Source: Octopus bimaculoides
Lineage: Eukaryota
DNA: 47,678 nucleotides
Assembly (NCBI RefSeq): GCF_001194135.2
Contig: NC_068982.1
Coordinates: forward strand, 11,318,115 to 11,365,792
Direction: 5' to 3'
The translations under genes and the position numbers were made by a program. Under the pieces are notes generated by a model. It did not search any database. It saw only the letters and a list, made by a program, of their open reading frames with translations, and had not been told where the DNA came from. This document shows, in pieces, positions 11,210 through 23,412 of the stretch. Every line of letters begins with the position of its first letter. Within the stretch, counting starts at the first letter, position 1.

Positions 11210-12261
11210 CACAACTGAAAGAAAAGATTTGTCTGTGAACTGCTGGGAATTACATCATTCTTGGTATACACTATCACATTGAGTGAAATGTCGAGAGAAT
11301 TTAACGAAGAACTTATTTAAACAAATTGACCTGAGGAGGCGCATTCTACATCTTTGATGGAAGATAACGATTGCACATCATCTCACCTCAGTACAACAGG
11401 TGTGAGAATGCATCAAAACAATTGGAGTGATTTTAAACAAAGAATATCAGTAATTTTATTTTCTTTCATTTGTCTATTTATATAAACTCTTCGGATACTA
11501 TGGAATTCCTGATGTCCGTCCAGCAGCAGAAGAATTTCCACAGTGTGATGACATCAGGTAGCTAATAACTGTGGATAAGCTTTGCACAGCGTTCTACAAT
11601 GTTTATACCTGAATCTCACTCTATATATAGTCCACATGTGTGTGTGTGTGTGTGGATTTAACATTGTTCATCCTTGCCATCATAGAGAGCCTATATGGAA
11701 TGAAAATGACTTTTTTTTTCCGTTTCTACTATTCATGAAAGGCAATTTAGATTTTATCTTAATTTTATATTCTTATATGTGAATTGCACCTACATATTTT
11801 AGTTATAATCCTCCGAAGAGGATTAGTTTGAAGAACAATAGTAATGCAGAAGATACAGAGTTATTTTTAAACTGGACAGCTAATCTAATTATTTATGATT
11901 CAAAATGTCTAGGAGAAATAAACCCTGATTATTATATATAAAGAGAAATATTTTGGTATTTCAAATTGCAAAAGGAAAAAAAGTACTTATGGAATAATTT
12001 GATGACATCAAAAAAAGAGAAAAATAAGTTTTGCTTAACATAAAAAATATATAAATTTAAAACAAGTACTAAAAAAAAACTTTTGCATTAAGACTCGATA
12101 AAAGTCTTGTTAAAAATATTCATGTTTATGACATGCTCATACATGGAACTGTCAGCTCAAATATAAAATATAAATTCTACACTTAACAGATCTTTTGTAT
12201 AAATTTAGAATTAAGAGAGAAAAAGAAAGAAAGAAAAAAAAAAATATATATATATACATAC

Positions 12262-12314
12262 CCTTTCATAACCTCCCAATTTGTATGCATTCTTATAAAA
12301 TGCAAACAAGTCAA
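12262..12314 (-). CDS. ARID5B: ARID5B-like 53-nt ARID exon (I-DLFAFYKNAYKLGGYER)
   Basis: Acceptor cttttgcag|TT and donor AGG|gtatgt. Carries the ARID KLGGYE motif. The phases fit both neighbours. Confidence 0.93.
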
Positions 12315-12394
12315 CTGCAAAAGAAAAAGAAATTTTATCAGTATCTTCATCCCAAACATAGAATAAGATTTAAATTTATAGAAGATAAATCATT

Positions 12395-12622
12395 TTAACC
12401 CTTTAGTGTTTAAACCGGCCATATCCGGCCCAAATATTCTACATGTTTTATATTTGAACTAGCCACATCTAGCCTCTCACACCAAACCCACTTTGACATT
12501 CTAAAAATAAATAATCACATCATTGAGATTTCAAAGCAATGAGATAATGCATGATTAATTCAAAACAATTTGAGTGAAAAGGAATTACATTTAACAGAGT
12601 AATCTGAACATCAAAGGGTTAA
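12395..12622. mobile_element. piggyBac-like MITE (family D) inserted at a TTAA inside the tail of a family B' element
   Basis: ttaa-ccctttag ... caaaggg-ttaa. The flanks aaatcatt|ttaa|tgtccattttc reconstruct the B' tail. Confidence 0.82.
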
Positions 12623-12830
12623 TGTCCATTTTCTATGTTTGTATGGGTCAGAGAGAATTTCTTGAAACAAGTTTTCTGTAGCTGGACACACTTCCTGTCA
12701 CCAATCCTCGTTTCTAAGTAAGGTAATATTTCCCCATAACCAGAGGTATTTTCATAGAAGATTTGAACAAAGGACACTGCTTGCATGAAGCTGACACTTA
12801 TTTGCAACAATCACGTGATGTCAATGCACA
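12623..12830 (-). mobile_element. Family B' retroposon (B-type tail, different body)
   Basis: tgtccattttctatgtttgtatgggtc...gtaaggtaatatttcccc...aatcacgtgatgtc, shared with 16760, 29480 and 29975. Confidence 0.75.
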
Positions 12831-13032
12831 GAAATAGTAACATACGCACACATGTGATGAGCTTCTTTTCAATATTATTAAGCTGACACAAGGCACAGAT
12901 ATAGCTGTGTCAATATGGAGTTTCTTTCATAACCAAATACTTTCAAATTTTATCTCTTGCACTGTACCACACATTGGGCTACCCAATACCCAGTAAGAGA
13001 AACTGGTAGACAGAAACTGAATAGAAGCATGT

Positions 13033-13034
<2 letters not shown>

Positions 13035-13122
<88 letters not shown>
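13035..13122. repeat. Long (GT)n microsatellite, about 44 units, seeded in a SINE A fragment
   Basis: Uninterrupted GT run directly following tggtagacagaaactga. Confidence 0.95.
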
Positions 13123-13124
<2 letters not shown>

Positions 13125-13410
13125 TCAGGCCTTGTCTTTGCATGTCACTGCTTGAGCAGAAAAAAAAAAGTGATGTCAAGTTCACATTCTCAGTAGACTG
13201 TGCATCCCGTTTCTCAACACGTTCAAATCCCATACTTGGAAAATAGGTAAAAATTAATGACAGGAAGGGCATCTGGCCACAAAATTCTGCCTAAAATAGC
13301 TAACTTTTTGTCCAACCCATACCAGCAGGAAAAACAAATGTAAAACAGACAGACAGAATGTGTTAATGGAAGACAAAAACTTACAAAATATAAAATTGGC
13401 TCAAATACCA

Positions 13411-13637
13411 TTAACCCTTTTGTTACCATATTTTTGTTAATATATGCAATATTAGTTTCAGTTAATTTTTAAAATAATCAATTTAGTAAAATAGCTTTCT
13501 AATTATCAAGCTGGTGTCTGGAATAATTTAGCATAAAATTTTGATGGAAGATTATAATTTAGACCAGTTTAAAACTGGTGGGTTTATTTCAAAGAACCCA
13601 GGGTAGTCTCAGCTGGGTTGGAATCAAAAAGGGTTAA
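13411..13637. mobile_element. piggyBac-like MITE family E
   Basis: ttaa-cccttttgttacc ... atcaaaaaggg-ttaa. The body resembles 6311-6538. Confidence 0.8.
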
Positions 13638-13937
13638 GAGGACCCTGAAGAGAAATTCATTCATAGAAGTCAAAATATTTTGCTCCAACTTTCCACTTAG
13701 TGGCTTTTCTACAGACACTTCAGAAATTCTATAAGAAATTTTAAAGGGAAATTGGCCAAGTGAGTAGAGAACTGAACTATAACTTCATAGCTGAGGAGTT
13801 CAAAAACTTTCAGGACACTTTATTTTATTTTTCCTACTACCTCTAGTTATTGGGAGTGGGTCATGGAAGGAAGGATGGAAAAGTTAACAGATTAGTGTCC
13901 TATTCAAAGAGGCATTTTATCTCTCATCTCTTCAATG

Positions 13938-14154
13938 CAGTGGTCCACATAAGATTTATTTGTTAAAAATGTGAAATAAAACAATTATACTTCTACGATA
14001 CTGAAAACACTTTAACAGGGTTTTTTTTTTTATATATATATACAATTCCTAATAATATAACAGGACTTTTTAAAGCTTCAAATGTCTGTGCGGGTCCAAT
14101 AGAGTAAAATAAAGAATTAGGGATCCACAGGCAAAAAAATGGTTCAGAACCATT
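13938..14154. mobile_element. hAT-like MITE, deletion derivative
   Basis: cagtggtccacataag ... caattcctaataat ... ggatccacaggcaaaaaaatggttcagaacca, similar to 23145-23412. Confidence 0.6.
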
Positions 14155-14252
14155 TCCCTAATGCCTCAATACTCAGGATTAAGCACCAGATAGATCCAGA
14201 AATGTTTGTGAAATTATTAACTATAAAAATATAATTAAATGAAAGAAAAAGG

Positions 14253-14913
14253 NNNNNNNNNNNNNNNNNNNNNNNNNNNNNNNNNNNNNNNNNNNNNNNN
14301 NNNNNNNNNNNNNNNNNNNNNNNNNNNNNNNNNNNNNNNNNNNNNNNNNNNNNNNNNNNNNNNNNNNNNNNNNNNNNNNNNNNNNNNNNNNNNNNNNNNN
14401 NNNNNNNNNNNNNNNNNNNNNNNNNNNNNNNNNNNNNNNNNNNNNNNNNNNNNNNNNNNNNNNNNNNNNNNNNNNNNNNNNNNNNNNNNNNNNNNNNNNN
14501 NNNNNNNNNNNNNNNNNNNNNNNNNNNNNNNNNNNNNNNNNNNNNNNNNNNNNNNNNNNNNNNNNNNNNNNNNNNNNNNNNNNNNNNNNNNNNNNNNNNN
14601 NNNNNNNNNNNNNNNNNNNNNNNNNNNNNNNNNNNNNNNNNNNNNNNNNNNNNNNNNNNNNNNNNNNNNNNNNNNNNNNNNNNNNNNNNNNNNNNNNNNN
14701 NNNNNNNNNNNNNNNNNNNNNNNNNNNNNNNNNNNNNNNNNNNNNNNNNNNNNNNNNNNNNNNNNNNNNNNNNNNNNNNNNNNNNNNNNNNNNNNNNNNN
14801 NNNNNNNNNNNNNNNNNNNNNNNNNNNNNNNNNNNNNNNNNNNNNNNNNNNNNNNNNNNNNNNNNNNNNNNNNNNNNNNNNNNNNNNNNNNNNNNNNNNN
14901 NNNNNNNNNNNNN
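14253..14913. other. Assembly gap (N run)
   Basis: Run of N. Other gaps are at about 10215-10289, 15684-16427, 21372-21381, 29113-29167 and 32059-32068. Confidence 0.99.
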
Positions 14914-15216
14914 CAAAGCCTTGTGAGTGGATTTGGTAGACGGAAATTGAAAGAAGCCCATCGTATATATGTATATATATATGTATGTGTGCATATGTTT
15001 GTGTGTCTGTGTTTGTCCCCCCAACATCGCTTAACAACCGATGTTGGTGTGTTTACATCCCCGTAACTTAGCGGTTCGGCAAAAAGAGACCTATAGAATA
15101 AGTACTAGGCATCCAAAGAATAAGTCCTGGGGTCGATTTTCTTGACTAAAGGCGGTGCTCCAGCATGGCCGCAGTCAAATGACTGAAACAAGTAAAAGAG
15201 TAAAAAGAGAGTAAAG
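14914..15216 (+). mobile_element. SINE family A, young, head lost in gap
   Basis: caaagccttgtgagtggatttggtagacgg ... gcggtgctccagcatggccgcagtcaaatgactgaaacaagtaaaagag. Confidence 0.9.
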
Positions 15217-15683
15217 AGTATGTGTGTGTATGTGTATGAGTGTGTAAACAGAAATAGAAAGAGGAAGAGTAAGAGGGAAAAGGAAGAGTGTTGAGGGAAA
15301 GTAGAGAGAGTGAGAAATGCAATGAAAGAGAGAGGGGTGATAATGAATCATGCTACTACTGAGAAAGAACAAATGAACCAAATGACAAAGGAGGAGAGAG
15401 AGAGAGAGAGTGGTGGGGGGGGGAGTGAAAGAAAAAAACCTGAGATAGATACATTTTATCACTGATCAAGAGATAAGTTACATTGTATATCATATGACTA
15501 TCTGGAAAAGAGCAACCAGCAATATTCATTACCAACAAACAAATTAAAACCATTTCTGTTTGTTATGTATTTATGGTATGTCATAATTAGAATTTCATTT
15601 CAATGTTAGTTAGTTTATACACTAAAAAAAAAAAAATTTAAGGCAAACACCGAGAAAGAAAATTTAAAATCCATTGTTGACAG

Positions 15684-16427
15684 NNNNNNNNNNNNNNNNN
15701 NNNNNNNNNNNNNNNNNNNNNNNNNNNNNNNNNNNNNNNNNNNNNNNNNNNNNNNNNNNNNNNNNNNNNNNNNNNNNNNNNNNNNNNNNNNNNNNNNNNN
15801 NNNNNNNNNNNNNNNNNNNNNNNNNNNNNNNNNNNNNNNNNNNNNNNNNNNNNNNNNNNNNNNNNNNNNNNNNNNNNNNNNNNNNNNNNNNNNNNNNNNN
15901 NNNNNNNNNNNNNNNNNNNNNNNNNNNNNNNNNNNNNNNNNNNNNNNNNNNNNNNNNNNNNNNNNNNNNNNNNNNNNNNNNNNNNNNNNNNNNNNNNNNN
16001 NNNNNNNNNNNNNNNNNNNNNNNNNNNNNNNNNNNNNNNNNNNNNNNNNNNNNNNNNNNNNNNNNNNNNNNNNNNNNNNNNNNNNNNNNNNNNNNNNNNN
16101 NNNNNNNNNNNNNNNNNNNNNNNNNNNNNNNNNNNNNNNNNNNNNNNNNNNNNNNNNNNNNNNNNNNNNNNNNNNNNNNNNNNNNNNNNNNNNNNNNNNN
16201 NNNNNNNNNNNNNNNNNNNNNNNNNNNNNNNNNNNNNNNNNNNNNNNNNNNNNNNNNNNNNNNNNNNNNNNNNNNNNNNNNNNNNNNNNNNNNNNNNNNN
16301 NNNNNNNNNNNNNNNNNNNNNNNNNNNNNNNNNNNNNNNNNNNNNNNNNNNNNNNNNNNNNNNNNNNNNNNNNNNNNNNNNNNNNNNNNNNNNNNNNNNN
16401 NNNNNNNNNNNNNNNNNNNNNNNNNNN
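15684..16427. other. Assembly gap (N run)
   Basis: Run of N. Confidence 0.99.
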
Positions 16428-17429
16428 ACAAAGCGTTTTGTCCGAAAAATAGAAAAACGTTCGTGTAAACAGTTAGGAAAACAGAGAAAGATTTAACAAA
16501 TAAAACTCCCAATAGGGGGAGGCACTTCGAAAGGTTACACGTGGAAAAACCCATAAAAGCCACGGGAGCCTGGTCAGAAAAAATAAGAAAGGGGTATAGA
16601 GCCCTTTCTCCTTTTACATTACCTTTTTTCTACATAATAATAATATTAAGGATAAAATCCAAAATTACAGGTAAAAACTCAATTATGTGACAGTGGATTT
16701 TCATTGATGAGTTCATGAACCTTGGTTCTTTTCCCTATATATATAATCATTTTAGCATCTGCTTTTCTGTACCTGCATGTGCAGGACAAAATTTGTCAGC
16801 CAGATGTTGTTTCTGCTGCTAACTCTCACCTGTTTCCAAGCAAGGTAATATTTCCCCCAAATCCTTCAAACACAGATAGCACAAATGGCCCAATTTTTCC
16901 ATAAGGGATTGCAAATGAATACCATTTCTTGTGTAAATGATGCTTCTTAACAATTAATACAAAATGTCGAAACAAGGAGCCAGGAACACTTACACACAAA
17001 CACACATAGCAGGCTTCTTTCAGTTTTTATCAGCTAAATCCACCTACAGGTCTTTCATTAGGCCAGGGTTATAGTAGCAACCACTTGCCCAAGGTGTCAT
17101 AAGGGTGGGCCTGAACTTGAATTCGTGTCATTGCAAAGTGAACATCTTAATCACACGGCCATGTTTGCACCCCCCACATACACACACATAAATTCCACCA
17201 GCGTTGTGGAAAAGTTGTGCCCTAAAAGTTTTATCACAACAAGGACGTTCTGCAATGCAGGTCCTATTTTCCCACTGATTTCTTCACAGGGGAAAGAAAC
17301 AAAGTAAAACAATCCCTTTTGCAGGCGTAAAAGTAACCAGAAATCCCTGAATTTAAAATATTATTTTATTGAAATGCACATTTATGAGATTATTTGATCT
17401 TAATATAGTATAGAGAACATAATACTAAC

Positions 17430-17574
17430 TCATTTTAAAGCCCAATGATGGAATCCGTTCGATGGGAGTGGTCCTTTTTCTCATGAAATTGTGGAGAGAT
17501 TCCAGGAATAACTTTTCATTTGTAAGGATTGAGTCATGTTTATTATATCCATTAAGTTGTTCACGTTTGGGTTC
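17430..17574 (-). CDS. ARID5B: ARID5B-like exon, start of ARID domain (EPKREQ...EKLFLESLHNFMRKRTTPIERIPSLGFKM, ends phase 1)
   Basis: Acceptor tatttcag|GAA and donor ATGA|gttagt. 145 nt. TPIERIP.LGFK is the ARID5 signature. Missed by the ORF track. Confidence 0.93.
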
Positions 17575-19324
17575 CTGAAATAAATATGTATCAGATTAAA
17601 ATAATAAACCCATAATAATTCTATATGGTCTTAAAAAATATTAGTTTGAATAACATGAGATTTTTAATCCGATTCCCCTACAATACCTTGCTGTCATCTT
17701 TAAAAAAAATATCCTAATGTTTTAAGGAAGGTGGAAGGAGTAATTATTTTTATATCCCTTAGGCAATGATCATTTGATACTATCAATTCTCATGCATTTC
17801 AATATGCAAATACTATTTCACCAGTGGTGAAAGCTAACATTTTGTATTTTGTTATGGCACAAATATTAATGAAAATGTCAGCTAGTAATTTGCTGTATTA
17901 AATCTCTTTCCATCAAAAGGAGAAGAGAAGGGACAATAAGGTTTGAAAGAACAAGCTTCTAAATAAAAAAGCTTATGTCTGAACGTATGCTTTAAGCATT
18001 AAAATTATCTGAACATGTATGTAATGTATAGCCTGAATACAACAATATCTTGTTATAATATTAGAACAAAATAATTACAAATAACTATTCTTTTGGTAAC
18101 ATCAATATTCAGATGATAAGAAGGGAACTTTAGTCTTGATAATATTGTCAGTGAATAGTCACACTGATAAGATGTATGTTTGTTTTTTATTCATGTGTAA
18201 TCAGAAAAGAGGAAATGTATTTTTTTTATGGAAGAAAAATTTTTTTTCTAGAAAGATAATGAATAACCTACTTTATCAGAGATTCTTATGGCAGTTAATA
18301 TAATGGGTAAATAAAATAGAACATACATTTGTAGTATATATTTTATACTGAAAATAGGTTTGTATGATAACTGTAGTGGCTAATAAGGATTCATGCTTAA
18401 TTACTTTGAAATATAAAACCGTTTATCAATTGAAAAATTGACTATTTTGCTGACAAATTTAAATTTAAAGCTGATTATAACAAAAGTTACAATACAGATC
18501 ATAAAATTATTCAATGAAATCATTAGTTTTTATGGTTAAAATTTTTACAAATTTAAAAAGAAAATTCTGTCCATAAAGTAAATAAACATTTGAATAAAGT
18601 CTTACTTTTAAATTTTGTACACTCATTAAAAATCTAAATTTATATTATCACAGTTGTTTAGCGGACAATTGGATCATGAATAACTGCAAGACAAAATTTT
18701 ACCTCAGTAAAATGACAAAAAAAAAAAAAAAAAAAAAGATTATGATGTGATAGGTAGTGCTTCATTTTTATGATTCACTCTTATTTTATTGGAAATGAGC
18801 CACCTGTGTGCAGAGCTCTTGTTAGCAGCTTCCAGTTATTTACATGTACAACCGTTATATTCACTCTATTACCACAGGGCTCTGCATTTCTCTGAACAAT
18901 ACGCCTTGGACAGCGAGTATGGCAGTTGGCATCATTCTCCAACCAGACTGCCTCTCCAGGCCTCCATACCAAGTATCAAGCAGTGTACAAGAGTCCAACG
19001 AGCAAGGCCGGCAATGCAGCTGCCCCACAGTAGTAGCTCACTTGCTAGTCGACACCCAACCATTGTCTGATGGTACAGATTTTCCTCTCGGTTGTAACAA
19101 CCATCAAACCATTGATCTAGGATTCCTCACCTCGTAGGTTATCCAATATCTTACTGCCGATGTCTTCACCATATCCCTGGCATGGGTGTCTAAGGAGCTG
19201 CTAACATTTTCCCAAAGTGTCACTCCAGTCTACAGACAGAAGGGGCAACTTGCTCTCCCTTTTATGGGCTCCTACCGATGATAGGAAAATAAAGAAGCAG
19301 GAAAACCTGCGTAAATCAAAATAC

Positions 19325-19464
19325 CTTCAGTCTGTTGCTGCCATTCGCTTTGTGTCGCACCAGCTGGGTTTCTCCAGGTGAATCTTCATTGCTGTCTGAT
19401 GATAAGGATGCCCCTTTCTTCAGTTTTATTTTTTTCTTTCTTGGCCTTCCTTTCAAATTGGGTG
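19325..19464 (-). CDS. ARID5B: ARID5B-like exon (A-PNLKGRPRKKKIKLKKG...NRLK) with AT-hook-like GRP motif
   Basis: Acceptor ttttccag|CA and donor AAG|gtattt. 140 nt. APNLKGRPRKKK is identical to the vertebrate ARID5B motif as recalled. Confidence 0.93.
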
Positions 19465-19629
19465 CTGGAAAATTTTTAAAAATGAAAGAAACTTGAAGAA
19501 AAATAAATATACACAAAAAAGATGCGTGAGGATTCACTACTTGTCCCACGTTACACAACAAGTTATAATACCCTTTGTTGATACTTCTAATCTTATCTTT
19601 AAAATGGGATGCTTGAATACACATCATAC

Positions 19630-19850
19630 ATATGGCTTAGTGGTTAGGATGTTGAATCCTTCATCATAAGATTGTGGTTTTGATTGCTGGACGGGGCAAT
19701 GCGTTGTATTCTTAAGAAAATCACATCATTTCACGTTGCTCAAGTGCACTCGTCTGGCAAAAAGGAGTAATCTTGTGAGGGACTGGCTTCCTATCCAGGA
19801 AGGAATATATACATCAGAGACACCAGGAAACTAGTCCTATGCTCCTAACA
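19630..19850 (+). mobile_element. Old tRNA-derived SINE (family G)
   Basis: Head tggcttagtggttagg. The central tttcacgttgct...cactcgtctggcaaaaa block is shared with 26920-27245. Confidence 0.6.
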
Positions 19851-19974
19851 GAATAATGTGGACTAAGCATAATATATATACAAATATATATATATATATA
19901 TATATATTAAATAAAATTAGAAGGAAAATAATTGCAATTATATAATTATAATCCTCATTATGAACCCAAATGAA

Positions 19975-20190
19975 GGTGTGAGCTGGCAGAAACATTACAG
20001 GGCTGGCAAAAACGCTTAATGGTATTTCTTCTGACTTTAAACGTTCTGAGTTCAAATGCCACTGGCAATGACTTAAACTTTCATCCATTCTGGGTCGATA
20101 AAATAAAGTACCAGTTAAACACTGGGGTCCATGTAATCGACACTACCCCTCCAAAACTGCTAGTCCGGTGCCAAAATTTGAAACCACTAT
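19975..20190 (+). mobile_element. SINE family C
   Basis: agctggcagaaacatta...gagttcaaatgcc...ggtcgataaaataaagtaccagttaaacactgggg...aaaatttgaaacc. Confidence 0.82.
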
Positions 20191-20927
20191 TAAGCAAAAT
20201 GGAGTCAGTGAACCAAAGAGAAATTATAGCCTTTTGGACTTAGTTTAGTCTTTATTTTCTCTTAAAGTTAGGCAGGAATTGATTGAGAAACTTCCCAATA
20301 GATGTTAGCTTTATTGTGATGTCAGAAATAATGAAAGATAATTGAAAATAATGAATATTTAAGTGAAAAATTTCCTCTCTTAGAAAAGATAATTTTATAA
20401 ATATTGAAAATCGAAAGAAAATTTTATAAATTTGTTTTAATACATAAAAAAAATTTACATCCAAACACCTTTTTGAAAACATAACTCGCCTTATTTTTTC
20501 TTTTTTTTTCTCCATTCAGGAGAAAATTAACTCAAAATCTTTAACCCAAAAAGCAAACATTAGAAATAGATATGAGTATTAATAAAAAAAATTTAAAAAT
20601 TCCCCATTGATTTTGTACATATGAAAAAATTAGATAAAGTGACCTTTTCAAGGCCTTTGACTACTTTACAATATGAACAATGACTAAGCAACAAAAATGT
20701 TAATGTTTGAAATGAACTTAAGTGAAGGAAGAAGACAATGGTGTTAATTTTATCAACTTCAACAAAGACTGCAATATTTCAATATCTTTGAAAATAATAA
20801 GATTAAAGTATTCAATCTAGAAGCTTCATCATCAGATAGGTTATGTAAATGTAATTCAATTAGTTATAAAGTAAACAAGCCACAAGTACATAAAACAAAG
20901 TGCCACAACTACGTAATTTAGTATGTT

Positions 20928-21350
20928 CATCATCATCATCATTTAACGTCCAATTTCCATGCTAGCATGGGTTGGACGATTTGACTGGGGACTGGCGAAC
21001 CAGATGGCAACACCAGACTCCAATCTGATCTGGCAGGGTTTCTACAGTTGGATGCCCTTCCTAACGCCAACCACTCCGAGAGTGTAGTGGGTGTTTTTTA
21101 TGTGCCACCAGCACAGGGGCCAGACAGGCAGCACTGGCATCGACCATGCTCGAATGGTGCTTTTTACGTGCCACTGGCATAGGTGCTAATTAGGAGGTAC
21201 TGTCATTGGCCACGACAATGACTTCACTTGACTCAACAGGTCTTTGCAAGTGCAGTTTATTGCCCAGTGATAGAAGGGTACTCTTAAATGGGCCGGTTAT
21301 GCTGCACTGGCATAGGCCACGGTCTCACTTGGCATGCCAGGTCTTCTCAG
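20928..21350 (-). mobile_element. Family B retroposon
   Basis: catcatcatcatttaacgtcc...ggatgcccttcctaacgccaaccactccgag, with two internal repeat units. Confidence 0.87.
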
Positions 21351-21723
21351 TATATATATATATATATATATNNNNNNNNNNGTTGCTTTTTCAGAGTATG
21401 AAAAAATAGTTCCACCATTCCATAGCAAAACCATTGTACTACACTTTGACAATTTTTGATATCTTGGCATCTGAAGCAGCTGGAGATACGATAGTTTGAC
21501 CAAAAGAACTGGCTATTGCAACCCAAAATAAATATTGAAAAAATAATGCATTTGGCCATACAACAGTTTAACATAATAGCAATCATATATATATATATAT
21601 ATATATATATGCTAATATTGGTATGAGTGTTTCAATCACACATACAAACAATTTATTGCAAATTAAAATTAAATCAAATTAAACAGAATAATTAAGAATT
21701 TGAAAGTAGAGAATATATCTTAC

Positions 21724-21954
21724 CTAAGTAATCCCGGCAGATGTCCAAATTAGCCAGATCCGGATCATTGAAGGTTTCTCGACAAAACATAATACGTCCA
21801 TTCCGTGTTTTCATCATAATGCCACCACAAGCAGCAACAAAGACATTTTTGAAAAACTTTTCCTTAACATTTTCACACCTTCTCGATACTGCTCGGTATC
21901 GACAGTAAACGGAAAAGCTGACTATTTTTACCTCGGTACCCAATGGCTTTGTGT
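21724..21954 (-). CDS. ARID5B: ARID5B-like exon (D-TKPLGTEVKIVSFSVYCRYRAVSRR...CRETFNDPDLANLDICRDYL, phase 1-1)
   Basis: Acceptor gtttag|AC and donor TTAG|gtaaga. 231 nt. The YCRYR and FCRETF.DP motifs match ARID5B YCRYR...YCRDTFDHP. The frame joins both neighbours. Confidence 0.93.
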
Positions 21955-22203
21955 CTAAACAAAAACAGAAAAATTGAACAGATTGAACAGATTGAAAATA
22001 GTGTGTGTGAAATATTTCAAAACTCAACATATAAACTTTTACTAGTTGTCAATAGCATGCGATATTAGATTCTCAGGTAAGTGATATTATTCTACAACAA
22101 TTAATTAAATTGTATCTGCTTTGTGTCACATGTACTATATATATATATACCATTTGGAAATTCCAGACCTGCAACTATTTATAACTCTGAAGTAAAGGAG
22201 TGT

Positions 22204-22429
22204 TTAACCCTTCAGCATTCAAATTACTGTCAAATGTAATGCTTATTTATTCACATCATTTTGAATTAATTATGCATCATCACAGAGCTTCCAGATTTCA
22301 ACGATGTGACTGTTTAATTTTACAATGATATTGTAGGGGTAAGTGTAGAAGGCTGGATCTGGCAGGTTTAAACATGTAACAGAATATTTGGACCCTGATA
22401 TTGCTGGTTTTAAATGTTAAAAGGGTTAA
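22204..22429. mobile_element. piggyBac-like MITE family D
   Basis: ttaa-cccttcagc ... aaaaggg-ttaa. The body is the reverse complement of 12395-12622. Confidence 0.8.
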
Positions 22430-23144
22430 GCTTATTTCTTTCAAATCATAATCCACACTAATTCCACATTCTTTTATGATTAAGGAAACTAATTTCTTCT
22501 GCTTTTTGAATACTTTAGTTTCATTCTTTGATCTACTCTTTCCAACTGATTAATCACAGACTCAACAATGCCCAGGTGTTAATAAAATGATAGCATATGG
22601 TAGAAAGCTGATTGGCTATGGCTACCTTGTAGAAGAACAACTTGATAAGATCAAACCAACAATCACTCAAGCTGCTAGACATAGCAGCCAAATCTCCATC
22701 AAATCATATGTATAATCTTAGGAAAAGCTTCATTGGATAATGTGGTCCTGGATTCTTGGCACATATGGAAAAGATGGGAGGGCAATAAGGAGTACCCTGA
22801 TTATAAACCTGCTCAATCTGAGTTGATTTGTGGCTAAATAACTGCAACAGCTTGATAGGGTGACCATTAGAGTCTTGTTCATAATTAATAACTGCATAAG
22901 GAAAGACCATGAGTGGGACATCACTACACAACAGTGACAATAAGTGATAAAATCAATGAAAGTATTTACAATCGACTCAGTTAAAATGAATTTAATCAAC
23001 ATTCCATATCCAACAGATCATTTAATTTCTGTTCTTTTGTTGTATTATGTCAAACTTGATCCATTCCAGAATACATCCTCTTAACTCCAGACAAATAAAT
23101 CTGATCATGACAGCATTTGTTGGCAATATTTAGATCATCTAAAT

Positions 23145-23412
23145 CAGTGGTTCCCAACCAGGGTACATATGACTCCTTGGGGTCCACATGACCGTTGGGA
23201 ATCTATATAAGATTTTGTTGTTAAAACTTATCAACAATAAATTAGTTATGACTTCCACAATACACAAAATATTTTAACATGTTTTTCATACAATTCCTAA
23301 TAATTAGAAAAACAATTCAATGCATTTAAACACCAAATGGCTAAGGGGATCCAGTAGAGTTATATATGGGAATCAAAGGAGTCCATAAGCAAAAAATTGT
23401 TGAAAACCACTG
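23145..23412. mobile_element. hAT (Charlie-like) MITE with 8-bp TSD
   Basis: TIRs cagtggttcccaac / gttgaaaaccactg. Flanks atctaaat / atgtaaat match at 7 of 8. Confidence 0.85.

Noticed and set aside
14144-16563. Long ORFs of 264-299 aa
   Set aside because: They are artefacts of N runs translated as X.
16428-16715. Distinct element next to the gap
   Set aside because: It looks like a repeat fragment at a contig end, possibly low quality. There is no second copy or diagnostic motif in the window to classify it.
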